Below are positions 36,522-46,700 of a stretch of DNA of 64,000 nt, piece after piece (positions within the stretch are counted from its first letter, which is position 1; each line of letters opens with the position of its first letter). Source of the DNA: a bacterium. GTDB lineage: Bacteria; Zhuqueibacterota; Zhuqueibacteria; Residuimicrobiales; Krinioviventaceae. The position numbers and the translations under genes were made by a program. The stretch lies in contig CAXXFV010000015.1 in NCBI GenBank assembly GCA_963674595.2, positions 288,001 through 352,000 of the forward strand, in the 5' to 3' direction. The notes beneath the pieces were generated by a model, which saw only the letters and a program-made list of their open reading frames with translations, searched no databases and was not told the origin of the DNA.

Positions 36522-38621
36522 ATGAAAAAAACATTTGTTCTTTTGGTATTATGTGTTTTGGCATGCGCCGGTACCATACTGGCGCAATCGGGAATGGCCG
36601 AATCAGGGGCGGTGTCTCTGACTTCCAGGCCTCCCGCTTCTGCGCCTGAATTGGTCGGTCCCAGATATCCCAATTATGAGCTGCTCTCTTGCCGGGCCCG
36701 GTTGATTTGGGAAAACATGGACCATGCCCTGACTTATAATGTTCAGATCGCGAATGATTTTGAATTTACTGACATTGTGGGAACATACACCAGCATAGAA
36801 GACACAATCTATGTTGCTGATCTGCCCGCAAACAGTACATGGTATCATTGGCGGGTCAGCGCCACCAACCGCGCCGGCACAGGCAGCTATGGTTATATAC
36901 TACAATTTGAAACATCAGATATGACCAGCATCAACGTGGGCAGTTACGCCGCCCCAACCATGACCGATATTGACGCCGACGGCCTGCTGGATATGCTGGT
37001 GGGCAATCATGACGGCACACTGACCCGTTATGAACAAACGGCCGTCAACTCGTTTTCATTAAATCTCATTGCTTCAAATTTTAGCGGTATTGATGTCGGT
37101 GTCGGCAGTTCCCCCACGGTTCTTGATCTCGATGGCGACGGCCTGCTGGACCTGATCATAGGCCGCGGTGACGGCACCCTGCAACACTATGAACAAGACA
37201 GCGAGCGTTCCACATCCTTTACCCTAGTCGGCGCCTTGAGCGGCATCGATGCGGGTTCCTGGTCCAAACCCACGTTTACTGATCTGGATTGGAATGACCA
37301 CCTTGATCTGCTAATTGGCAACCAGGGCGGTACCATTTATCATTACGAACAGGACGCCCAGTATTCATCGTCCTTTACCCTGGTTAGCGACAATTTCAAT
37401 TCCATTGATGTTGGAAGGGAAGCCTCCCCTATGTTTTGTTTTTACAATACCGGAAGTACTATGGAGCTTTTTATAGGCAATGCACTCGGCAAGGTCCAGC
37501 TTTATCACCAGGGCTCCATTGCTTCACGTGTGTTTTCAATTGAAACCACGGATTGGAATGACATTGATGTTGGCGAAAGATCGGTACTGGCCCAAACCGA
37601 CCTGGACGGTAATAACCGTGTTGACCTGTTGGTCGGAGGTGATGACGGGATCGTTGGTATTAGAAAAGGAGATACTTATCGTATCGATGTTTCCATGTCA
37701 ACAGACCCTGCAGAAAACATAACCGCCACAACTGCTGAATTGGGCGGTGACTTTTCTAACTTTAATGCCGTACCGGTACAGCGACGCGGCGTTATTTACA
37801 GTACCACCAATCCGCCCGTTATGACGGACAACATGGTCTCCATGGGCAGTGTTGCGGGTATTTTTTCCGAAATAGTAAGCGGACTGACTCCCAATACCAC
37901 CTATTACTATCGTACTTTTGGCACCAATTGTTACGGCACCTTTTATGGTTCGGTAAAGACCTTTGTTACCAATGATTGTCCCCATATTTGTGTCAAAGTT
38001 TTTTTACAAGGGCCCTATGATGCTGTTACGCACGCCATGCAAACGAATCTTTCAGGCAACATCCCGGCAATATCTCCTTACGCGGACAACCGCAATGCTG
38101 GCAGTATCCCGGAGGGTATTACTGACTGGGTTTACCTGGAATTACGTAACACAGCCGACGGCGAAGCGGTATACGGCCGCTCCTATCTTTTACGCAACGA
38201 CGGCTACCTTGCTGAAGATGACGGCACAGAGACGGATCTGAGCCTTGAAGACGCAGCCGAGGGTGACTATTACATCATCATCCGGCACCGCAACCATCTG
38301 GCCGTTGAAAGTGCGTCGGCACAGAGTTTGACTTCAACATTAACAACTTATGATTTCACTGTGAATGAGACAGTGGACTGTGATAAATATTACGGCGGAG
38401 AGGCTGCTCTTTTGGAAAACGGTGACCCAAAAATTTATGGCATGTTTTGCGGAGATGCTAACGAAAACGGCAGTATCAATGCCACCGATTATCTCAGTGT
38501 AAAGGGGCAAAACGGTGCTTCCGGGTATCATGCTCGTGACTGTAATATGAATGGAGATGTTAACGCCACCGACTATTTGTTTATCAAACCCAATAGCGGC
38601 AAGAGTACTCAAATCCCATAA
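36522..38621 (+). CDS. Secreted FN3 / FG-GAP repeat protein with C-terminal dockerin-like module
   Basis: Signal peptide; repeats DIDADGLLDMLVG, DLDGDGLLDLIIG, DLDWNDHLDLLIG, DLDGNNRVDLLVG; KVFLQGPY...HRNHL...GDANENGSINATDY / DCNMNGDVNATDY; no T9SS CTD. Confidence 0.82.
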   Translation: MKKTFVLLVLCVLACAGTILAQSGMAESGAVSLTSRPPASAPELVGPRYPNYELLSCRARLIWENMDHALTYNVQIANDFEFTDIVGTYTSIEDTIYVADLPANSTWYHWRVSATNRAGTGSYGYILQFETSDMTSINVGSYAAPTMTDIDADGLLDMLVGNHDGTLTRYEQTAVNSFSLNLIASNFSGIDVGVGSSPTVLDLDGDGLLDLIIGRGDGTLQHYEQDSERSTSFTLVGALSGIDAGSWSKPTFTDLDWNDHLDLLIGNQGGTIYHYEQDAQYSSSFTLVSDNFNSIDVGREASPMFCFYNTGSTMELFIGNALGKVQLYHQGSIASRVFSIETTDWNDIDVGERSVLAQTDLDGNNRVDLLVGGDDGIVGIRKGDTYRIDVSMSTDPAENITATTAELGGDFSNFNAVPVQRRGVIYSTTNPPVMTDNMVSMGSVAGIFSEIVSGLTPNTTYYYRTFGTNCYGTFYGSVKTFVTNDCPHICVKVFLQGPYDAVTHAMQTNLSGNIPAISPYADNRNAGSIPEGITDWVYLELRNTADGEAVYGRSYLLRNDGYLAEDDGTETDLSLEDAAEGDYYIIIRHRNHLAVESASAQSLTSTLTTYDFTVNETVDCDKYYGGEAALLENGDPKIYGMFCGDANENGSINATDYLSVKGQNGASGYHARDCNMNGDVNATDYLFIKPNSGKSTQIP

Positions 38622-38641
38622 CTGGAAGAAAGGATAACAAC

Positions 38642-39718
38642 ATGAAGCGCTTTATACAGATTATACTATCACTTTTAATACTTGCCGGAATTTCATGGGC
38701 CGGAGATGTTACTGTTTCTCTTTCAGGTACCAATCCGCTGTCAGTTAATATCAAGGGAACCAGCTCCAACCAGGAAGCCGGAAGCATCAGTATCTACCTC
38801 TATTTTTGTGATGATGGTGTTGCTGATCTTTCAATCGATAATGTCAATGATGATCTGCTGGAATTAACCTGGGGATGGGGAAACACATTACGTACCCAAT
38901 CGATACAAACCGGATCATGGAGCAGAGGTGGACATACCTTTACCCGCCGGCTTTATTATGATAATGTTGATGTTGGTGATCAAAATGATTACTGGACCAC
39001 CGCAGGTATAAATGCCCTGGTCTGCACATTCACCACCCTGGGAAGCGGTCATGCCTACATTGAGGTTAACGGTGATGGACTGGCTGACTGGTCCGGTACG
39101 GCCCATAATGTGAGTTATGGTTCCCAGGACACGTCCCTGCCTGTGGAACTCGTCTCTTTCTCAGGCAGGCAGCAAGGAAGCTCCATTATACTCGACTGGA
39201 CCACGGAAAGCGAAACCGACAACCTGGGATTTGTTTTGGAACGCAAAAGCGACAATTTGGAGTGGACGACCATTGCTTCTTACAAAACCCATTCTGCACT
39301 AGCCGGACAGGGTACCATATCGTCACGAACAGAATATACTTTTACTGACATGTTTACGGGCGCAAAAGTTTTATACTATCGTTTAAAAGACGTTGATGTC
39401 AACGGCACTGCAGGTAAATGGACGGAAACAACAATTGTTCAAAATACTTTGCCGAATCAGTTTGTGTTATATGATGCTTATCCCAATCCTTTTAATCCAC
39501 AAACGCGGATCGATTTTGAATTACCGGAAAGATGTGATGTATTTATCAAGATTTATAACCTACAGGGACAGTGTGTGGAAACCATCGCAGAACAGTCATT
39601 TGACGCAGGTATCCACTCTGTAGTGTGGACGGCTTTGGACCAGCCCAGCGGATTGTATTTTATCCATTTACAGGCTGGTGCTTTCAAGGCTGTGCGCAAT
39701 GTTGTGCTTTTGAAATAA
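38642..39718 (+). CDS. Secreted protein: unknown beta-rich (possibly cohesin-like) domain + Ig + T9SS-type CTD
   Basis: Signal peptide; ~140 aa beta-strand-rich domain; LPVELVSF, WTTESE.DN.GF, YPNPFNP, SGLYF. Confidence 0.8.
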   Translation: MKRFIQIILSLLILAGISWAGDVTVSLSGTNPLSVNIKGTSSNQEAGSISIYLYFCDDGVADLSIDNVNDDLLELTWGWGNTLRTQSIQTGSWSRGGHTFTRRLYYDNVDVGDQNDYWTTAGINALVCTFTTLGSGHAYIEVNGDGLADWSGTAHNVSYGSQDTSLPVELVSFSGRQQGSSIILDWTTESETDNLGFVLERKSDNLEWTTIASYKTHSALAGQGTISSRTEYTFTDMFTGAKVLYYRLKDVDVNGTAGKWTETTIVQNTLPNQFVLYDAYPNPFNPQTRIDFELPERCDVFIKIYNLQGQCVETIAEQSFDAGIHSVVWTALDQPSGLYFIHLQAGAFKAVRNVVLLK

Positions 39719-39744
39719 GGGGAATTATAAGCCGATTAAGTAAA

Positions 39745-39785
39745 ATATGCACCATGGCAAAAGCTGTGGTGCATGTTGTTTTAAT
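39745..39785 (+). terminator. Intrinsic terminator ending the FISUMP operon
   Basis: ATATGCACCATGGC-AAAA-GCTGTGGTGCATGT followed by a T-rich tail. Confidence 0.7.
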
Positions 39786-40533
39786 TTTTATCCAGTTTTA
39801 TAAACACGGGGTGAAGCGAGCTGTTTCTTTTAAAAGTAATTTCACTTCAACACAAATTTTATAAAGGCAAAAACGGCAATATTAAGGCTTGTATGGATTT
39901 TTTTTGAAAATTGGTTGACTTTTCAGTCATAGGCGGTTAAATTATAGCTTGTAGATTTCCAATATATAAAAAGATTTCCGGGTAATATCATATTAAAGAT
40001 TTTTTTAATCTGATTCTTTTATTTACTTTTTGGTTGACTTGCCCCGCCAATATGATTTAAAATCTCCAACTATTTCTTTATTTTTATTTGCACCTGTTTG
40101 TAAACATACGATAATATTATATTTTTCTAAATTTGAAATAGCTTGTATAACTTTAGTTTTTATTCGAGTTATAAAAATACTAGTATATATTCGTATGGTT
40201 AGCCCACTCATTACCATTGGCGTTTTAGAAAAGATGAGTTTGGTGTAATCGGCAAGACACAATCCTCGCATAAGCAGATATGGCATTATGATGATTTGTC
40301 TTTAGGCGGTTTAAAAGAGAATAATTGAACTAAGAAGAACGGAAGAAAAATTGCTGAATTTGAAAATATAGTAGCACAACAAAATAGAGGAATAAAAGAC
40401 CTTGAGAAAATAGCAAATGAAAATGTTTTCTTGCGACAAAAAATGGTTGACCTTTTAAAAATGAAAAATCAGGAGATAGAACCGGCTCAGAAATGAAAAT
40501 TTTGTTGTCAGGTATAATATATTGGAGTAGACC

Positions 40534-42726
40534 ATGAAAAAATCGACCTATTTAGCTGTGATGTTACTAACCCTGGCCACAAGTGTCTTTGCGCAGTTGT
40601 CCGGAACGTACACGGTTGGTGCAGGGCAGGATTATGAAACCCTGACTGCAGCAGTAAGCGATCTGAATACGAACGGCGTTTCAGGTGCTGTTGTTTTTGA
40701 ATTGACGGACGCCGGTTATGCCTCAGAAACATTCCCCATCACGATTAACGAAATAACAGGCGCAAGTTCTACAAACACCGTTACCATCCGTCCGGCAAGC
40801 GGTGTAACAACAGAAATAAGCGGTGACAGCGGCGGAGACAATACCAGCATTATAAAACTGTATGGTGCGGACTATATCATAATTGACGGCAGCAACAACG
40901 GTTCAACCAGCCGTGATCTTACCATTGAAAACACCAAAGTCGGTGCATGGAGCTCGACGATTTGGCTGGCAAGCTTAGGGGATGATCAGGGATGCCACGA
41001 TAATGTAATTAAAAACTGTATCCTTAGTTATGGAGCGCCAAGTTATACAGCCGCTGTTATCAATTTTTCCGGTTCGTCACATATGTGGACTGATTACGGT
41101 TATGATAATAATAATAATGTTATTGAAAACTACGAAATAAAAAAATGTCATACTGGTATTCGTTTATGTGCTATAAGTGCTGAAAAAAACAGCGCCAATA
41201 TCATACGTAATAATCTGATCGGTTCCGGCAATTCCGGGGACTATATTGATGATGAAGGAATTTATTGTCTTCATCAGACCGATCTGGAAATAACCGGGAA
41301 TGAAATTTTTAATATAATTGATAATGGCCACGTAACGGGTATTTACATTGCCATCTGTTCATCAGTAACAGTCGCTAAAAATAAAATTCACGACATTTAC
41401 AGCACATATGAAGATTATCAAGTTCGTGGTATTTATTTTAACTCAAACGAAACAGATCCTGATTTAACAATCAGTAACAATATGATATGGCATATAGCAA
41501 GTCAGGGTAATTGGGACGATGATGAAAACTATATGCCTGCAGGCATTTCTTTATATTCTTCAGCTATCACAACCGGGATCCGTCTCTATTTTAATTCAAT
41601 CTACTTAACTGAAGATGTTGATAATGGTCTGAATGTATTTGATAACTTTTCATCAGCGCTGTTTATAGATGGGCCAACCGGAATTGATTGCAGAAATAAT
41701 ATTTTCCGCAACAGCCTGGGCGAGAAAACCGGATGTACCTTTTCGACGACCTGTTACGGGATTTATGTTAATCGATCCTCAAATCCATTTTCTGTTTGCG
41801 ATAATAATATTTACTATGTAAACAGTACCAGCGATAATAATTATATCGCTAACGGGAATAGCACAAATTATTCCACCCTTTCAGCCTGGCAGGGATTTAC
41901 CGGCGATGATGATAATTCGCTCAATTCAGAGCCTGACTTTACATCGGCGACAAATCTTGATCTGACGGAAAGTAACGATGCCGGAATAGCCATCAGCGGA
42001 TATTCTACGGATATCAATGGTGATCAACGGGCAGATCCTCCGGATATCGGAGCGGATGAAGAGGCATCGGTCGTCCGGTTGCAGGCAAAAGTCTTTCTTG
42101 AAGGAGCCTATTATGCCGACGGTGATACCATGTCCACAGCAGTGAACGATTCGATCCCGCTGACCTCGCCGTACACCGAAGACGCACGAACCATTGACTC
42201 GGTTCCTGAGGACATTACCGACTGGATGCTGGTTCAGCTTCGTTTAATGGCGGAAGATACGAACGCCGTGGCTTCCAAAAGTGTTTTCCTGCGCAATGAT
42301 GGCCGGATTGTAGGAGATGACGGCACTACCGAATACACTGAAATTGAAGCGGATTCCGGAAATTATTTCATTGTTGTTAAACACAGGAATCATCTCGCTG
42401 TGATGAGTGACGAGGTACATACGCTCGGCGCAAGCAGTTCCTCTTTGTACGATTTTACGGTGAGTGATTCTGATACCTGTGACAGGTATTTTGGGAATGA
42501 CGCCAAAGTGCTTGAGACAGGTGTTTATGGCATGTATACCGGAGATATTAATCAGGATGGTGAAATTACGACATCAGACTATACTCGATGGTATAATCAA
42601 GCCCGTATCGGTGCAAGTGGTTATAATACCTGTGATATAAATTTGGATAAAGACGTTACGACAACGGATTATACAAAGTGGTATAATAATGCCTGCATTG
42701 GCGCTTCGTCCCATGTGCCAAAATGA
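40534..42726 (+). CDS. Secreted parallel beta-helix protein with C-terminal dockerin-like module
   Basis: LSGTYTVG...Y.TL.AA..DL...GV.G.V; N-rich GI.. repeats; TDINGD.R...PDIGADE; KVFLEGAY...HRNHL...GDINQDGEITTSDY / DINLDKDVTTTDY. Confidence 0.82.
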   Translation: MKKSTYLAVMLLTLATSVFAQLSGTYTVGAGQDYETLTAAVSDLNTNGVSGAVVFELTDAGYASETFPITINEITGASSTNTVTIRPASGVTTEISGDSGGDNTSIIKLYGADYIIIDGSNNGSTSRDLTIENTKVGAWSSTIWLASLGDDQGCHDNVIKNCILSYGAPSYTAAVINFSGSSHMWTDYGYDNNNNVIENYEIKKCHTGIRLCAISAEKNSANIIRNNLIGSGNSGDYIDDEGIYCLHQTDLEITGNEIFNIIDNGHVTGIYIAICSSVTVAKNKIHDIYSTYEDYQVRGIYFNSNETDPDLTISNNMIWHIASQGNWDDDENYMPAGISLYSSAITTGIRLYFNSIYLTEDVDNGLNVFDNFSSALFIDGPTGIDCRNNIFRNSLGEKTGCTFSTTCYGIYVNRSSNPFSVCDNNIYYVNSTSDNNYIANGNSTNYSTLSAWQGFTGDDDNSLNSEPDFTSATNLDLTESNDAGIAISGYSTDINGDQRADPPDIGADEEASVVRLQAKVFLEGAYYADGDTMSTAVNDSIPLTSPYTEDARTIDSVPEDITDWMLVQLRLMAEDTNAVASKSVFLRNDGRIVGDDGTTEYTEIEADSGNYFIVVKHRNHLAVMSDEVHTLGASSSSLYDFTVSDSDTCDRYFGNDAKVLETGVYGMYTGDINQDGEITTSDYTRWYNQARIGASGYNTCDINLDKDVTTTDYTKWYNNACIGASSHVPK

Positions 42727-42891
42727 TTTTTAGGGATTATATTTATTGAAAGGATGAAATTTCATTATACCTTTTTTATAGTTGAATTATTTTTAAGCGA
42801 TTTTTCTGTGATTTGGGAAATAATCTCAAGGGTCCTCTGGTTTTATGCATTAATGTTCAAGTATAAATCTGAAAATCACAGAGGTATAATA

Positions 42892-43578
42892 ATGAATTTA
42901 AAAATTTCAAAATTAGCCGGATTCGGCTATCTGGCTATATTTATTACCGGTTTTTTTGCTAATTTTTTTGTTCTGGAACGGCTTGTTGATTTGGAGAATG
43001 CGTCCTTAACAGCAACTAATATTTTAGCAAATGAATTATTGTTCCGAACAGGTATATTTAGCTTTATTTTAATGGTTGTTTTTGATATTGTGCTGGCCTG
43101 GGCGCTTTATATTTTACTCAAACCTGTTGATAAAAACCTTTCATTACTTTCAGGGTGGTTGCGGCTGGTGAACAGCACTGTTTTCGGTGTTGCTTTGTAC
43201 CATCTTTTCAGTATGTTGCGTGTTTTAAAAGGTGCCGGGTATCTGAAAGCGTTTGTTCCGGACCAGCTTCAGGCAATGGTTCTCATGTCATTTAACAGTT
43301 TTAATGATACCTGGCTTGTGGGACTGGTGTTTTTCGGCTTGCATTTGTTGGCGCTTGGTTATTTAATCTTTAAATCCGGATATATTCCCCGGATTATTGG
43401 TGTTTTATTGGTAATCGCCGGATTTGGTTACCTGGCAGATAGTTTTGCCAACTTTATTCTTATTAATTATAATGACTATAAAAATGTTTTTCAGGCTGTT
43501 GTTATAATTCCCGGTGTGGTTGGAGAACTGTCACTGACATTCTGGCTTTTGTTTAAAGGCGTTAGAAACGAAAAGTAA
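42892..43578 (+). CDS. DUF4386 family membrane protein
   Basis: AG..YL, A..T..NI......FR.G, LY.LLKPV, FFG.H...LGYL.FKSGYIPR, E..L..WLL.KG. Start set at ATG 42892 after GAGG. Confidence 0.85.
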   Translation: MNLKISKLAGFGYLAIFITGFFANFFVLERLVDLENASLTATNILANELLFRTGIFSFILMVVFDIVLAWALYILLKPVDKNLSLLSGWLRLVNSTVFGVALYHLFSMLRVLKGAGYLKAFVPDQLQAMVLMSFNSFNDTWLVGLVFFGLHLLALGYLIFKSGYIPRIIGVLLVIAGFGYLADSFANFILINYNDYKNVFQAVVIIPGVVGELSLTFWLLFKGVRNEK

Positions 43579-43782
43579 TTTACAATGGTTTTATCATAAG
43601 GAATATGTCCTGTTTCTGGCCCATAAATGACACAGTTACTAATGATTTTTTATACCATCAATTGATTTTTATTGAATTTAAGCACAATTTTTCGTTCGAA
43701 TTCTCTTTTGGTTCAAGGCATTTTTTTTGCTATGTTTTTATGAATTCAATTGACAGCATAATATTATAGGAACGGAGAGAGT

Positions 43783-46700
43783 GTGAGAATGAAAAAGTTT
43801 GTCAAGACTATTGGTATAATTATTCTTTCGAGTGTGACATTTCTGCATGCGCAAACACGACCTTCTATGGTTGTAGATGAGCAAAATCATCCACTTTATT
43901 ATAAAGGTATGGCGGTTGTTAAACTCGCCAAGCGCCCAAATGGGCCATCGTTGCAAAAGGGCGCCAAATCCACCGGTATGATGTCGGTAGACAGAATTTT
44001 TTCAAAACACAGTGTTGATAAAATTGAAAAACATTTTCAACACAAACCCATTCCTGAGAATTCCTCATTACCCGATCTTTCACGCATTTATACGATACAT
44101 TTTTCAGAAGATCAGAATGTGCTCAGTGTGGTCCGGGAACTGGAAAAAGACCCCAATGTAGAGTATGCCGAACCTGTGTCCGTAGATCGTTTGTTGGATG
44201 TTCCTGATGATTCGTTGTACAGCTCTCAAAGTTGGCTCAGGCAGATTTTTGCCGAAGAGGCCTGGGATATTCACAAGGGTGAGGATGGAGATTCAACCGT
44301 TATTATTGGCGTTGTCGATACGGGTGTGGACTGGAAACATCCCGATTTGATAGACAATTTTTGGCACAATCTGGGAGAAGATGCAGATGGTGACGGCCAT
44401 GTCTTCGAGTGGGACGGTAGTGAATGGAAGTTTGATCCTGATGACGAAAATGGTATTGATGACGACGGCAATGGTTATACAGACGATTTTGTGGGCTGGA
44501 ATTTTTGTTCTTCTTATGATTTTTCCGGTGACGAGGGTAACGATCCCGGCGATCCTGCTGGCCATGGTACCCATGTGGCAGGTATTGCTGCAGGCGTTAC
44601 CGGTAATGGTAAAGGGATTGCCAGTATTAGCTGGAACGTCAAACTTTTGGCCGCTGCCCATGCGATTTATTTACCGGATTTTGATGATTATTATATACTT
44701 GATGGAGAAAAAGGCATTGTTTATCTGGCTGAAAACGGCGCTGACGTTATCAACGCGAGTTTCGGCGGAGGATACAGTCAGGCAAAACAGGACGCTGTCG
44801 ATTATGCACGGGCTCTGGGTAGTATTGTGGTAGCCGCAGCCGGGAATTCGGCTTCCGAGGAGCTGGAATATCCGGCTGCGTGTACCGGGGTGATAGGGGT
44901 GGGTAACTTAAAAGAGGATGATGTGTTATCCTCCTGGTCCAACCGTGGCGCCTATGTAGATGTCTGTGCGCCGGGAAATCAGATTTTAAGCACCGTGCCG
45001 GACGGGCAATATGCAAGCAAATCAGGTACTTCTATGGCCAGTCCTTTAGTGGCCGGACTGTTGGGACTGATAAAATCGATGCATCCTGACTGGAGTTGTG
45101 ACCAACTAGTCCTTCAACTATTGAGTACGGCAGATAATATCGATGCTTTAAATCCCGGTTTGGAGCATAAGCTGGGTGCCGGCCGTATTAACGCCTATCG
45201 TGCTTTGACTGATTCGGGAGCAATCCTTCCTGCAGAATATCGATTGGCCTGGCATACGAACATAGTTTATCAGGGTGAGGATGGATCAAAGATACCTAAT
45301 CTTGGTCAGCGTGGATCGTTTACTTTTACAGTAGGTAATTATAGCTCCAGCACAAATGGCGAGCCTGTCACTTTTACCCTGTCAACAGAAGACCCTGATA
45401 TTGAAATAATTGAAGGCGAATTTTCAGAATACCTGAATCCGGAAGATGTTACAACTTTTACAGATGTTTTTAATATCCGTGTAAAAGAGGGTGCCAAGCC
45501 GCATGTTGCTGATTTTACTATAAGCGCTCAATCTGAGACGCCCATATATTCTAATGCCGGCAAGTCGTTCGATATACTCGTCGCTCCTTCAGGCATTTTG
45601 GTAATAGGATACGCAGAAGCTGACTTTATTGAAAGTTTTCTCAAGAACCAACAATTAGATGTACTCAGGTTAGATAGTGTCCCTGCAGACTTGACTGTCT
45701 TTGACGCCGTTTTTTTTACACAAAGTTATGGTATAACGCCGGAATTGGTCCGTAATTATCTTGAAAACGGTGGGCGTCTTTATGTACAGGATTATGGTAT
45801 TTTGAGTAATCTGGAAGAAGATATTTCACTGCCCGGTCTTTTTGGTCTGGACAGGGTTGAACAAGGCGAGACAATTATCCGTCCGAAATGTATAATCGGG
45901 GGAGAGGAGAGTCTTGCACGTGATATGGTCTTTACAGGTACGGCACAGTCATTTGTGGACGCGTCGAATATTTATTACCCAAATGAGAATGGTACCTCTC
46001 TTTTACAAATTGAGGATTACGGTGTGGTGGGTGTTCAGGGACAGGGTGAATATGGACAGAAAACTGTTTGTCTTTCATATGATTTGTCGAACTTGCTTGA
46101 GAATGCATCACCTTCAGGCCGACAGGCTTTGTTGGCGAGAATTCTCAATTTTTTTGATATTGAAACAAAAATGTTTACCGATTTTTCCTGTGAACGAACC
46201 AATGATTACGAGTCCTTTAATATACAGTTTAGAGATCTTTCCCTGGCATCCGGCGCCGAATTTGTGGATTCATGGGCCTGGGATTTTGACGGAGACGGGG
46301 TTACCGACTCTCAGGAAGCCAATCCATTGTGGACCTATACAAGTCCTGGTGTTTATGATGTGAGTTTGATTGTTTCCAAGGGTGCGGAGGTAGATACATT
46401 AGCCCGTGACTCGACTGTTACTATATATATAAACGGCGGTGGAATTACGTCGGTAGATTATGGTAGCGACATAAGTGTTCCCGGTGATTCGTCTATGGAT
46501 CAGGCCCTTAACCGTGCTATGTCCATGGAATGTATGGTATGGCCCGATACGATGGCAATTGAAGAATTGGGCGGATGGTGGTTCCCTTTATGGAATAAAT
46601 CCGATGCTTTAATTTTATGCCTATATGATGATTTGAGTCTGGATATAGAGATTGAGCTTGAGGATGGATCATGGGATTATGTATATGCTGACGTAGGTGC

